From the NCBI GenBank assembly GCA_963692945.1, contig OY843585.1, positions 1,440,001 through 1,472,000 of the forward strand: a stretch of DNA of 32,000 bases. The letters are read 5' to 3'. Position 1 is the stretch's first letter; each line of letters begins with the position of its first letter. Origin of the DNA: Bdellovibrionales bacterium (GTDB lineage: Bacteria; Bdellovibrionota; Bdellovibrionia; Bdellovibrionales; UBA1609). The position numbers and the translations under genes were made by a program. Below, in pieces: positions 1 to 8,310 of the stretch. The notes under the pieces were generated by a model that saw nothing but the letters and a program-made list of their open reading frames with translations, was not told the origin of the DNA and made no database searches.

Positions 1-660
1 CACATTTCTAATAAAGGTCTTATCATTTTTACTGATTTGACTTTTAGATGCTGTTTTTTTATAGATAAGATCTAACTTCTTCCAAATCTCTTCGTCTCTC
101 AAAAGATCATAAATATCATTTACAATTTGTAATGTTTCTCGCCTTGATTTTTTTGTATATACAACTTTTGAGTCCAATCTTTCTAAAAGGAATGGCATAA
201 GCTCAAATAGTTCGTATCCCATTTCCAAGCCGACAGTTATTTTATAAATGCCATTAAATATATCGTCTAGATTCTTGTATTCATCCTTTCTAATAGATGC
301 ATACTCCCTCTTAACTTCTCGCTTCATGATTTGAAAAAAATCGATGAACTTTTGAGGAGACATATCCTTAAAATTAATATCTGGAGCAAACTTATAGGAG
401 TCCGAAGACTCAAAAGGATTATGGTAAAAATGGATGAACTTTGGAGGAGACATATCCTTAAAATTAATATCTGGAACAAACTTATAGGAGTCCAAAGACT
501 CAAAAGGATTATGGTAAATATAGTTATAGACAGGATTATTTATTCCTATAAAAGAAGAAAGACAACGACTAGAGACTCGGGCAGAAAATGGAATAGGAGA
601 TTCTGTGAAAGCCTGTACAGGAGATAAAAAGAGACAAAGAAGCAAAAAATAAAAATTCAT
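1..660 (-). CDS. Exported protein of unknown function, partial (C-terminus lies beyond the window start); contains an in-frame 30-aa tandem duplication
   Basis: Absent from the ORF track because it runs off the window edge. Reverse-strand ATG at 658-660. My own translation, MNFYFLLLCLFLSPVQAFTESPIPF..., stays open for all 220 codons down to position 1. The N-terminus looks like a Sec signal peptide (VQA|F). The + strand ORF 331..627 is its mirror image. Confidence 0.6.
   Translation of the reverse strand, partial: MNFYFLLLCLFLSPVQAFTESPIPFSARVSSRCLSSFIGINNPVYNYIYHNPFESLDSYKFVPDINFKDMSPPKFIHFYHNPFESSDSYKFAPDINFKDMSPQKFIDFFQIMKREVKREYASIRKDEYKNLDDIFNGIYKITVGLEMGYELFELMPFLLERLDSKVVYTKKSRRETLQIVNDIYDLLRDEEIWKKLDLIYKKTASKSQISKNDKTFIRNV
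343..518. repeat. Tandem duplication, 2 x 90 bp (343-432 and 433-518), about 95% identical
   Basis: The string catatccttaaaattaatatctgga occurs at 361 and 451, exactly 90 bp apart. On the minus strand it encodes YHNPFES(L/S)DSYKF(V/A)PDINFKDMSP(P/Q)KFI(H/D)F twice, in frame. Confidence 0.9.
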
Positions 661-1005
661 TAACTTTTTTTCCTTTTTGATTTAAATAAAAAATTGATAA
701 TAGTAAGTTTATCCTCTCTCGTTTAGCTAGCTTTAGCTACCACCCTTTTTTATAATCAAAATGAATATTAAGATATAGATAAAATAAAGTTTAACCACGA
801 AAACCGAGTAAGAAAATTAAAAAGTCTTAATTTTTAATGCTTCTTGTCTAAAAGATTCATACCTATAACTCTTAGCACAAAATCTCTTGAGAGAGCTTGA
901 TTTACAAGCACAAACTGATTCCCATAGTTCATTTCTTCAGATTTTTTTAATTTATCGTATGGTCTTTTCTCAAACTGAATCGCAGTAAAAAAACTTTGAG
1001 ATAAA

Positions 1006-1554
1006 TTAAAAAATCTTAAAAAGTTGCCTGTCTTTAGAGTCAGGGATCTTATTATTTCCAATAGTAAAAGCTTCAGGAAGCAGCTCTTCCATTGTATAAG
1101 TTTTTTTATACCCCTCTTCTGGAGTGTAAATATGAATCTTTGTATGAGCATTTGCAAACTCTGATAAAATTTGCCTGCAATTCCCACAAGGAGTGCCTAA
1201 AATTTCTTTATCCGCTTTAAATTGAGATTTAAGAACAATAACTATTGATTTTATTTCCTTCTCGCCTCCCACAATCATATTCCCAACAGCATTAGCCTCA
1301 GCACACTGAGTAGATCCATAAGCAGAGTTTTCTACATTACAACCACAATAAACTTTCCCATTGGCTGTTGAAAGAGCAGCTCCTACATAGTAATTAGAAT
1401 AAGGAGCATGGGATTGATTCCGAGCATTAACGGCCTCTTGAAATAAGTGAAAAGCCGGACCCTCATTAAAATTTGGACTACTAAAAACATCTGCACAGTT
1501 CCCAGAAGCAAAAAAAGGAAAAATAAATAATATGGATAATATACTTCTTATCAT
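1006..1554 (-). CDS. cdd: Cytidine/deoxycytidine deaminase (small homotetrameric Cdd type) with an N-terminal signal-peptide-like extension
   Basis: Zinc-site motifs CAE (QCAEANAV) and PCGxCRQ (TPCGNCRQILSEF). The APYSNYYVGAAL...GKVYCGCNVENSAY core aligns with B. subtilis-type Cdd from memory. The first ~34 aa (MIRSILSILFIFPFFASGNCADVF...) are hydrophobic, and I see no in-frame ATG/GTG/TTG between codon 1 and the start of the Cdd core. Confidence 0.85.
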   Translation of the reverse strand: MIRSILSILFIFPFFASGNCADVFSSPNFNEGPAFHLFQEAVNARNQSHAPYSNYYVGAALSTANGKVYCGCNVENSAYGSTQCAEANAVGNMIVGGEKEIKSIVIVLKSQFKADKEILGTPCGNCRQILSEFANAHTKIHIYTPEEGYKKTYTMEELLPEAFTIGNNKIPDSKDRQLFKIF

Positions 1555-1888
1555 AACAGCCCTAACATTTAAAAAAATGTCCCATATTTCTATAATAAAA
1601 TTTGTAAAAAATCAATAATTATTGCAGTTATTACAAAACTACAAAGTCCATTTAGAAAAATAGAGTTAAAAAAAGCCTCCTTTTGAATCCTAAAAGTGAA
1701 ATAATTACAACAAGTGATTTCTAATGAAAAATAGCAAAATAAAATCCTTTTTGTTAGGCTATTCTCCGTTACAATTTATTTAATAGTAAATGGTCTAAAT
1801 ATTATTTTTTTAAAGAGCCACTATAGATAAAAACAATTTTTTATTGTATATTTAAAACTAGAACATAACTTTTCAGATTTGAATAACA

Positions 1889-2515
1889 ATGCTGTTAAAA
1901 ATAAAATTACTGTCCTATCTCTTTTTGCTTTCTAGCTTAACCTGTTTTACATCTTGTTTTCATTCTAGCTGGCAAAACGCTTCACGAGATACTACAGGGA
2001 TTGCCCCTCTTGCAGAAAAATATAAAGAGTCTGTTGTTCAAATCTATGCTGCAAAACTTTTTGGTTTTAAAGGTTTAATAGCCGATCACACATGGATATC
2101 TACAAAAAAAGAAGGAGCGCATTTCTATAAAGTTTATGAAGTTTTGGGTTGGCTTAGATACTCTAATAGCGCCAAAAGCGATCTCTCTACTATCCTCTAC
2201 GACCTTTTTGGTTGGTCTAAATATCCTAAAGAAACAAATTCTGTCTTGAGAATCGCGAAAGATATCCCTGATAAATTATGGTATGGAAATAAACCAAGAA
2301 TTCTCCTTGATTTAAGAGGAAATAAAGCTAAAAAAGTGATTCATAAAATTCATCAAGCGGCTATCAGTTACCCTTATAAAAAAAATTATTCCCTGATAGG
2401 TCCAAACAGTAACACTTTTACAGCATGGGTTGCCTGTAAAGTCCCTGAGTTAAATCTACATCTTTCTTATCGTGCTATTGGGAAAAACTATTTAAAAACC
2501 TGTCAAAGTAAATAG
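1889..2515 (+). CDS. DUF3750-family lipoprotein
   Basis: Signal/lipobox-like N-terminus (LLSSLTC). The pattern RDTTGIAPL...VVQIYAAKLFGFKGLIADHTWISTKK matches my recollection of DUF3750 proteins. Confidence 0.6.
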   Translation: MLLKIKLLSYLFLLSSLTCFTSCFHSSWQNASRDTTGIAPLAEKYKESVVQIYAAKLFGFKGLIADHTWISTKKEGAHFYKVYEVLGWLRYSNSAKSDLSTILYDLFGWSKYPKETNSVLRIAKDIPDKLWYGNKPRILLDLRGNKAKKVIHKIHQAAISYPYKKNYSLIGPNSNTFTAWVACKVPELNLHLSYRAIGKNYLKTCQSK

Positions 2516-2562
2516 AATCGCAAAACAAAAAAGGATTTCCAAATAGATCTTCTTTTGAATCT

Positions 2563-3072
2563 TTAAAGGCAGGAAGATTTCTCGTGGATTGATATCTGAT
2601 CAGGATATGGAGTGCAATCATATTTTGATTTTGAGAGTTGGCTTTTAAAAAAATCTACAATATGTATATGCTTTACTGATCTTGATTGGATTGACCTTGC
2701 CATAGTAAAAGGGCTTTCACCGATATTATTTTTCTCACAAATATTCAATCCTTTTTCAACAAACAATGAAATGATATCAAAATGTCCACCCAAAGTAGCC
2801 CAATGAAGTCCAGTGTCTCCAGAATTATTTGTAATTCTAATATTGGCTCCTTCTTTAATAAGCAATTCAACCATTCCTAAATATCCACTTGAACTTGCAT
2901 AATGAAGAGCTGTATTACCCCCTTTATCTTTTAAATTAGGATTCATTCCTTTTTTCAAAAGAGCAGATAATTTTTCTACATTTCCATAGATAGCCGCTTT
3001 GTGAAATTCCTCAGCTATTACCGAAAAACTCGGTAGAAAAAAACAAAACAAAATTAAAAATTTTTTCTTCAT
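2563..3072 (-). CDS. Exported ankyrin-repeat protein (about 3 repeats)
   Basis: Ankyrin repeat consensus GNTALHYASSSGYLGMVELLIKEGANI and GDTGLHWATLGGHFDIISLFVEKGLNI. N-terminal signal peptide MKKKFLILFCFFLPSFSVIA. Confidence 0.85.
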   Translation of the reverse strand: MKKKFLILFCFFLPSFSVIAEEFHKAAIYGNVEKLSALLKKGMNPNLKDKGGNTALHYASSSGYLGMVELLIKEGANIRITNNSGDTGLHWATLGGHFDIISLFVEKGLNICEKNNIGESPFTMARSIQSRSVKHIHIVDFFKSQLSKSKYDCTPYPDQISIHEKSSCL

Positions 3073-3200
3073 ACTTCCTCCCCTTTCTGGTTTATAACTT
3101 GACTGATATTTAAATCTACATCATAAAAAAACATAAGTCTCTTTATTTTTATTACTTTATACACTATTGGAATACATCTAGACAACTTTAATTTCTTTTA

Positions 3201-3350
3201 CTGTTCACAAAGTTAACGGGTTACTGCAAGGATTTTGCCCCTTTTTCAGAAAAACATATAAAGAATCCTCCTTGATTTAAGAGAAATTAAGGCTAAAAAG
3301 TGGTTCCTAAAATCCATCAAGCCGCTATCAGTTACCCTTTTAAAAAAAAT
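3201..3350 (+). pseudogene. Internally deleted relic of a DUF3750 paralogue
   Basis: Positions 3261-3350 align to 2296-2387 of the intact gene at roughly 90% identity with two 1-nt indels. Positions 3221-3260 resemble 1996-2035 (the GIAPLAEKYKE segment). The ~265 bp in between is missing. Confidence 0.6.
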
Positions 3351-3356
3351 TTCTTA

Positions 3357-4307
3357 ATGAATGGAAAATCAAACGGATTGGGTTTGATTTTCCATTCATT
3401 AAAAGTTTTCTCATACTCTCTCTGCCTTTATTTTTTATTTCCTATTGCAACCATCCTCTGGCATAATAAAGAAGTGTCATATAAACTTGTAGAAACTTCC
3501 GCTTTAGTTCTTCTTTGTGATAAAGGGGTAAGTTATCAAACTCCTCTTTCTAAAAAATTTTTATCCTCCTTAGATACTTCTGCAGGGGAATCTATCTACA
3601 ATTGTTATTCTGATTATTTTTCTGAAATCAGTCGAATCATTACAAACCGAAAATACATCACTCATAAATTTTGTTCTCAATTTTTAAAACGTCATGGTTC
3701 TTCTGCTCAGTTGATTTTTTTAGCTTGTGGCTGGGACCCCGTCTTAATTAAAATGCAAGAACTGTTCCCAAAAAATAAAATTTTTGGAATAGATAGCCAA
3801 GTTAAAGAACCTGAAGAGCTGACTAAGAAAATTTTACCAATATCTTCTATCTCTTATTTAAAGGCAGACATTACTGATTCTAAAGAATGGTTGAAAGATT
3901 TAGTTCAAAAGGGATGGAATCCCTCCCATCCAACGGGTTTAGTGATTGAAGGAATCACTTATTACATTCCTCCTTCTCTTTTTTGGAAAAATATTTCCCC
4001 CTTAAAAAAAGCCTGTTCATCTTCTTTTTCTATCTGTGGAGATTTTTTAGTCCCCTTAAATAAAAAATATGTTTCAGAAAAAGGTTTAAAAATGGGACAG
4101 TTGATTTTTGAAACTATAAAAAACAAATGTCAAATTGAAAATTATTATAACTATTCACAAGAAGATATAAATGAAAGAATTTTATCTTTAGGTTTTTCTT
4201 CTCTTTCTCTTACTAATTTTGAAGACGTTGAATTAGAAAGATTTGGAGTTTGTAAAAACTGGAATGAAAAAGATTGTTACCTTCACTTTTTTTCTACTCA
4301 TGTATGA
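3357..4307 (+). CDS. Class I SAM-dependent methyltransferase, leucine carboxyl / TcmP-like O-methyltransferase family (tentative)
   Basis: LIFLACGWDPV resembles the VVxLGAGLDTR SAM-binding motif, and VIEGITYYIP resembles EG(V/L)xxYL of the LCM family. The start is uncertain. The track start at 3300 (GTG) reads through the DUF3750 relic (KIHQAAISYPFKKN), so I used the in-frame ATG at 3357. Confidence 0.5.
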   Translation: MNGKSNGLGLIFHSLKVFSYSLCLYFLFPIATILWHNKEVSYKLVETSALVLLCDKGVSYQTPLSKKFLSSLDTSAGESIYNCYSDYFSEISRIITNRKYITHKFCSQFLKRHGSSAQLIFLACGWDPVLIKMQELFPKNKIFGIDSQVKEPEELTKKILPISSISYLKADITDSKEWLKDLVQKGWNPSHPTGLVIEGITYYIPPSLFWKNISPLKKACSSSFSICGDFLVPLNKKYVSEKGLKMGQLIFETIKNKCQIENYYNYSQEDINERILSLGFSSLSLTNFEDVELERFGVCKNWNEKDCYLHFFSTHV

Positions 4308-4344
4308 TACAAAATCTTAAGACTTGGTTTTGTTTGAGAATGTC

Positions 4345-5556
4345 CTAACAATCTAAAATGGAAAATTCTTTTCCCAACCAAAACACTCGTCCCTTTCCAT
4401 CTGACAAAGTACAGTTGATTCTTTCACGAACGGCTTCGCCACTGGAGTTTGTAAAAGGGCGATTCAAAATGATATCCGCTTGATAGGAATTTTGTTTTTT
4501 TATTGTGATTTCACCATTGGAAGCAAAACAATTTAAACGACTTAAATCACGACTGCTGTTCAAATGGGAAACTATATCTGGTTGAACAGTCAAAGAAAAT
4601 TTCTTTTGACCAGCACTTGTACAAAAAGCCAAGTTCTTCGGAAAAAAACTTTGAAAAGGAAAATGACGACTATTCATTTTAGCACGAAATAGATCACTGA
4701 CTTTTCCATATCTCATATTCAAAGCAAAACGAGGTAAAGCAAACCGATTTGAAGCACATCCTACAGGACCAGATTGAGTGGTAAAAGCGGCTTTAAAATG
4801 AAAGTTTTTTCCACCTATGTTCCAACGATAATTTTTCAGCTCTTGAATAAAAGCATCGTTGGTTTCTCCATAAGGATAAGCAAAATATTGAGAAAGTCTT
4901 CCTGTTTCTTTGTACAAACGAAGGACAGATGTTTTGACATCCTTTTTTCTTTGAGACGAATTCATATTTCGAATCATATAGGCATGAGCATGACCGTGAG
5001 CCTCTAATGAAGCCCAACCCGATCGCTTGATTTCTCTGAGTTGATTCCATGTCATATAATCCCTTAACTTTCTATCAATCCCCTCTGTATTGACAAACAC
5101 TGTATAAGGAATTTTATTTTGAACAAACAAAGGATGAGCCACTTCATAAGCAGATTTATAAGCATCATCTATTGTAATGGCCAAAGTTTTTTTAGGAAAG
5201 CCTGTCCCATAAATATGGGCATTCACAATACGACTCAAAGGAACAATATCAAAACCTTTTGAGCGAAAAAAACCAATATGCTGTTTCAGCATTTCCCTTG
5301 TGACACTGGTGCTGGAATACTTACCATCAAAACGGTGATACATAAGGACTAAAGCATTGTGATGGTTCAAAGATAGATCAGAGGGATTGCATTTTTTAAA
5401 AGAACTGATTTGCCTGTAGGATGTAGTGGAAGACAAATCACTTGTTTGTTTATTCAATGAACGACAATGTGAAAAAGTTAAAACCAAAATCAGCAGAGAC
5501 AACAGAGAAAAAAAATACTGAATAAAATTTTTTATCTTTGAATTTAAAATAAACAT
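4345..5556 (-). CDS. Exported polysaccharide deacetylase (NodB homology domain) with an uncharacterised C-terminal domain
   Basis: NodB-type motifs LVLMYHRF, ITIDDAYKSAYEVAHPLF, TVFVNT and MTWNQLREI...LEAHGHAH. Hydrophobic N-terminus LLSLLILVLTFSHC. Confidence 0.8.
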   Translation of the reverse strand: MFILNSKIKNFIQYFFSLLSLLILVLTFSHCRSLNKQTSDLSSTTSYRQISSFKKCNPSDLSLNHHNALVLMYHRFDGKYSSTSVTREMLKQHIGFFRSKGFDIVPLSRIVNAHIYGTGFPKKTLAITIDDAYKSAYEVAHPLFVQNKIPYTVFVNTEGIDRKLRDYMTWNQLREIKRSGWASLEAHGHAHAYMIRNMNSSQRKKDVKTSVLRLYKETGRLSQYFAYPYGETNDAFIQELKNYRWNIGGKNFHFKAAFTTQSGPVGCASNRFALPRFALNMRYGKVSDLFRAKMNSRHFPFQSFFPKNLAFCTSAGQKKFSLTVQPDIVSHLNSSRDLSRLNCFASNGEITIKKQNSYQADIILNRPFTNSSGEAVRERINCTLSDGKGRVFWLGKEFSILDC

Positions 5557-5572
5557 AACTTAACCAGTTTTG

Positions 5573-6619
5573 TTATTTTTTGGCCACTCTTATATCACCA
5601 ACACTACATTTTCTACTCATAGAACAAACTTCACTCAATACACCTTGAATCTCTTGGGTGTACATTTTATTTTCTGCATAAAAATCAATATGACGGTGCA
5701 AAACATCAGCTTGCTGGCACTCATTATAATTTTTGCGCTGACTGTATAATTTAAAACGTCGAGACCTGTAATCTTGATATCCCCTTAAATGACTTCCATT
5801 AAATCGGGAAAAGTATTCATCTATAGAACCTCTATAATTATTAAATTTCAAAAGACACCGATTGAAACTTCTTTTTGCCCTTCTACAATTTGGATAGTTA
5901 TCCATACTGGAAGGATCGCGGAAAGCCACCTGTAAACCTAATATATTATTTTCTTCCTCAGCCAAGGAAGACTTTCCCCAGTTAGACTCTAAAGCCGCTT
6001 GAGCCAAAATCAACGAGTTAGGAATTTTTTGAACCTTAAGAGTAATCTCTTTTTGACAAGACGATTCAGTTAATTTGCTTTTTTTCACTCGATCTTCTTT
6101 AACAAAAAAACAACTGGTTGGCGGACCATTTTTTTCAAAATGCTTACGAGCCATTTGCTTCATCTTCTGCAAAACTTCTTCTGGAGGAGTGTAACGAGTA
6201 GAAGGAACATAATATTCCTTCATTTTATTATTCCTCAACAAACGATATTTAATCATTTTCTCAGTCATTTGAAGATGATCTTCAGTGGAAAGACTTTCTG
6301 GATTCTCTTTCATAGCTTTTATATAGTTTAGCATAAATTTTTGGTTTGCTTCTATCTCTTGGTTATTGAGATCTATCTCTTTTCTCACATCGCAAACAAA
6401 CTTTTCTTTATGGTTTTTACTTCCTTTTTCCAAAACTTTATGAATGTTAACAACAGAGAGTAATAATGGAGAATCATTACAGTCTTTTTGCTTCTCAAAA
6501 TTTCGAATCGCATGTCTAGATTGAAGATTCTTTGTCATTTCCTCCGTACTCCAACCTGCACTTCCATAAGCCCAAGTACAATAGAAAGGAATCAGTAGGA
6601 AAAGTCTATAAAACCACAT
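5573..6619 (-). CDS. Exported glucosaminidase-domain protein (FlgJ C-terminal / Bax-like peptidoglycan hydrolase)
   Basis: LILAQAALESNWGKSSLAEEENNILGLQ matches the mannosyl-glycoprotein endo-beta-N-acetylglucosaminidase domain signature. Signal peptide MWFYRLFLLIPFYCTWAYG. Confidence 0.7.
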   Translation of the reverse strand: MWFYRLFLLIPFYCTWAYGSAGWSTEEMTKNLQSRHAIRNFEKQKDCNDSPLLLSVVNIHKVLEKGSKNHKEKFVCDVRKEIDLNNQEIEANQKFMLNYIKAMKENPESLSTEDHLQMTEKMIKYRLLRNNKMKEYYVPSTRYTPPEEVLQKMKQMARKHFEKNGPPTSCFFVKEDRVKKSKLTESSCQKEITLKVQKIPNSLILAQAALESNWGKSSLAEEENNILGLQVAFRDPSSMDNYPNCRRAKRSFNRCLLKFNNYRGSIDEYFSRFNGSHLRGYQDYRSRRFKLYSQRKNYNECQQADVLHRHIDFYAENKMYTQEIQGVLSEVCSMSRKCSVGDIRVAKK

Positions 6620-6898
6620 TCACTCTATACTAAAGCAAAAAAACCAAAGAGTAAAACGATCCTAACTTTCTTTATGGATTAGATTCTTGAAAACCCCTTA
6701 TTTTTTAATTAAAAATTGAGTAAAAAATGTTTTAAAACTTTACCTTAAGGCTAGCTTTCCTGTTCCAGAAAAAACCAAATAGAACTCTTTTTTACTTTCC
6801 TTAGCTTATGTAGAACAAGGATTTCGTAAAATCTTGATACATTAGGTAGTAGATTTGTATTGCAACCACCTATTCCAAAATAGAACTTTAGAGACGGC

Positions 6899-7462
6899 TT
6901 ATTTGACTTTTCCCAGAATATAAACAAAAGGTTTTTCCTTTAAGCATTTATTATCTAATTTTTTTCGTTCCTCTTTTGTTTCTGCCGTCCAGTCATCGTC
7001 CATATCTAGATTGTGTCTTTGCTTATATTGTTCCCATGTTTCTCTACCTTCTTTTTCAATATCTCTTTTAGTTGTCCGCCAACTATCAACCCACTGGACA
7101 TTACAACACTCAGTTCCTGATTCAATTCTATTGCCAATAATTACTAATCTTTGATTTCTGATATAAAGAGTGATGCCACCATCGCCACCTCTAAGAATCA
7201 CCTTATCACGATGGATTGTATAAGTTCCTCTGTGGCTTTGCTCTTTACCTTGCACTTGTGCTGTCATATTAACATTTCTGTCGTCTGTAAAGTTAAACAT
7301 TCCAGCCGATACATCCGCAGAGGCTATAGGTTTTGAGATATGAGAATCTGAATCCAAAGAGGCATCTCTGCAACCAACTCCACTAAGAGTCCAAATAGTT
7401 CCGCTTAAATCCTCTGAAAAAGAAAATACAGGAAAAAATAAAACTAAAAATAATAATCTCAT
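6899..7462 (-). CDS. Exported protein of unknown function
   Basis: The internal ATG at 7460-7462 gives the signal peptide MRLLFLVLFFPVFSFSEDL. The longer track ORF (to 7552) would overlap the upstream lipoprotein gene. Confidence 0.55.
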   Translation of the reverse strand: MRLLFLVLFFPVFSFSEDLSGTIWTLSGVGCRDASLDSDSHISKPIASADVSAGMFNFTDDRNVNMTAQVQGKEQSHRGTYTIHRDKVILRGGDGGITLYIRNQRLVIIGNRIESGTECCNVQWVDSWRTTKRDIEKEGRETWEQYKQRHNLDMDDDWTAETKEERKKLDNKCLKEKPFVYILGKVK

Positions 7463-7469
7463 ATACACC

Positions 7470-7739
7470 TCACTCACAACGAAAATCCTTTTGCATATTT
7501 TCCATAGATCTTTGCATTTGTTCAACTGATAAGTGTCGACTCTGAATCTCAATTTGTTTCTTAAAAAATAATCGTTCTTTTTCAGTGCAAGCCTTATCTA
7601 AAGTGCCTTTTTTCAGTCTTTCCAATTCAAAATCCCAGTTATAAAGAGCCGTCTTATTGTATTCAATGTTTGTTGGATTCTGAATGGAATGATTACAACC
7701 AAACAGCACAAAAAATAAAAACAAAACAAAAAATCTCAT
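7470..7739 (-). CDS. Small lipoprotein of unknown function (89 aa)
   Basis: Lipobox MRFFVLFLFFVLFGC. It ends 8 nt before the next gene's start, so it is probably co-transcribed with 6899..7462. Confidence 0.55.
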   Translation of the reverse strand: MRFFVLFLFFVLFGCNHSIQNPTNIEYNKTALYNWDFELERLKKGTLDKACTEKERLFFKKQIEIQSRHLSVEQMQRSMENMQKDFRCE

Positions 7740-7770
7740 TAAATTAATTGTCGGATCAAGATCTGAAAAA

Positions 7771-7800
7771 CTTTAGGTTTTATTTTTTTCCCATTGTTCA
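7771..7800. repeat. 30-bp direct repeat A; partner copy at 8059-8088 (28/30 identical)
   Basis: ctttaggttttatttttttcccattgttca versus ctttaggttttattttttttctattgttca. The two copies bracket the 32-bp tandem array. Confidence 0.8.
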
Positions 7801-7830
7801 TAAAATACCTTTTTTTATAGATTTAATATA

Positions 7831-7982
7831 TAGTAAACCCCCTAAATTTTATAGTAGAAACATAGTAAACCCCCTAAATTGTATAGTAGGAACATAGTAA
7901 ACCCCCTAAATTGTATAGTAGGAACATAGTAAACCCCCTAAATTGTATAGTAGGAACATAGTAAACCCCCTAAATTTTATAG
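7831..7982. repeat. Tandem array, 4.75 x 32 bp, unit TAGTAAACCCCCTAAATTGTATAGTAGGAACA (iteron- or centromere-like)
   Basis: Units start at 7831, 7863, 7895, 7927 and 7959. Units 2-4 are identical. Unit 1 has 2 substitutions. Unit 5 is truncated at 24 bp and carries one of the same substitutions (G to T in AAATTGTA). There are no spacers. ATAGTA recurs at alternating 21/11-bp spacing. Confidence 0.95.
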
Positions 7983-8014
7983 TTTTTAGCGAGATTCAGA
8001 AATCTTGAAAAAAT

Positions 8015-8044
8015 CCTTTTAAATAAGGTTTTTTTGAAATTTTT
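8015..8044. repeat. 30-bp direct repeat B with a weak hairpin plus T7 (terminator-like); partner copy at 9979-10008 (29/30 identical)
   Basis: ccttttaaataaggttttttt(g/a)aaatttt occurs at both sites. The 9976-9995 copy forms AAACCTT-TTAAAT-AAGGTTT followed by T-run. Confidence 0.75.
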
Positions 8045-8310
8045 TTTTGTAAGTTATTCTTTAGGTTTTATTTTTTTTCTATTGTTCAAGCCTATCCAAT
8101 AAATACATATTGGAGTTTGTAAAAATTAATAGGAAACAACTATAGTTGTTAATAACCTCTTATAACCTACCAATCACTAAAAATTTTCTAGAAAAATCAT
8201 GCAAAAATCTCGTTAAGATTTGAAATCAAAACAAGAGCCCATATAACTAAAAGAATTTTTTAAACAAATATAAATAGCAAAAACCAAGTAAAATTATCTG
8301 AACAGATTCT

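Noticed and set aside
331-627. 98-aa + strand ORF with an internal protein repeat
   Set aside because: It is the antisense shadow of the longer minus-strand ORF (1..660), which has a proper ATG and signal peptide. The repeat simply reflects the 90-bp DNA duplication.
834-1187. 117-aa minus-strand ORF overlapping the 3' part of cdd
   Set aside because: It overlaps the well-supported cdd gene in another frame for half its length. The rest is low-complexity with no start context. It is probably spurious.
1613-1624. 12-bp palindrome CAATAATTATTG in the divergent cdd / DUF3750 promoter region
   Set aside because: It consists almost entirely of A/T. Palindromes of this size are expected by chance at this base composition.
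7463-7552. Longer N-terminal extension of CDS 6899.. (track start at 7552)
   Set aside because: The extension overlaps the upstream lipoprotein gene and lacks a signal peptide. The internal Met at 7462 yields a canonical signal peptide.
7831-7982. Possible CRISPR array
   Set aside because: The repeats are directly abutting with no spacers, there are only 4.75 units, and no cas genes are present. It is a tandem repeat, not a CRISPR array.
8135-8150. Perfect 16-bp palindrome AACAACTATAGTTGTT as a terminator for the 8311..8571 gene
   Set aside because: There is no T-run on either side, and it lies 160 nt past the gene's end. I kept it only as a possible protein-binding site, mentioned under the tandem-array finding.
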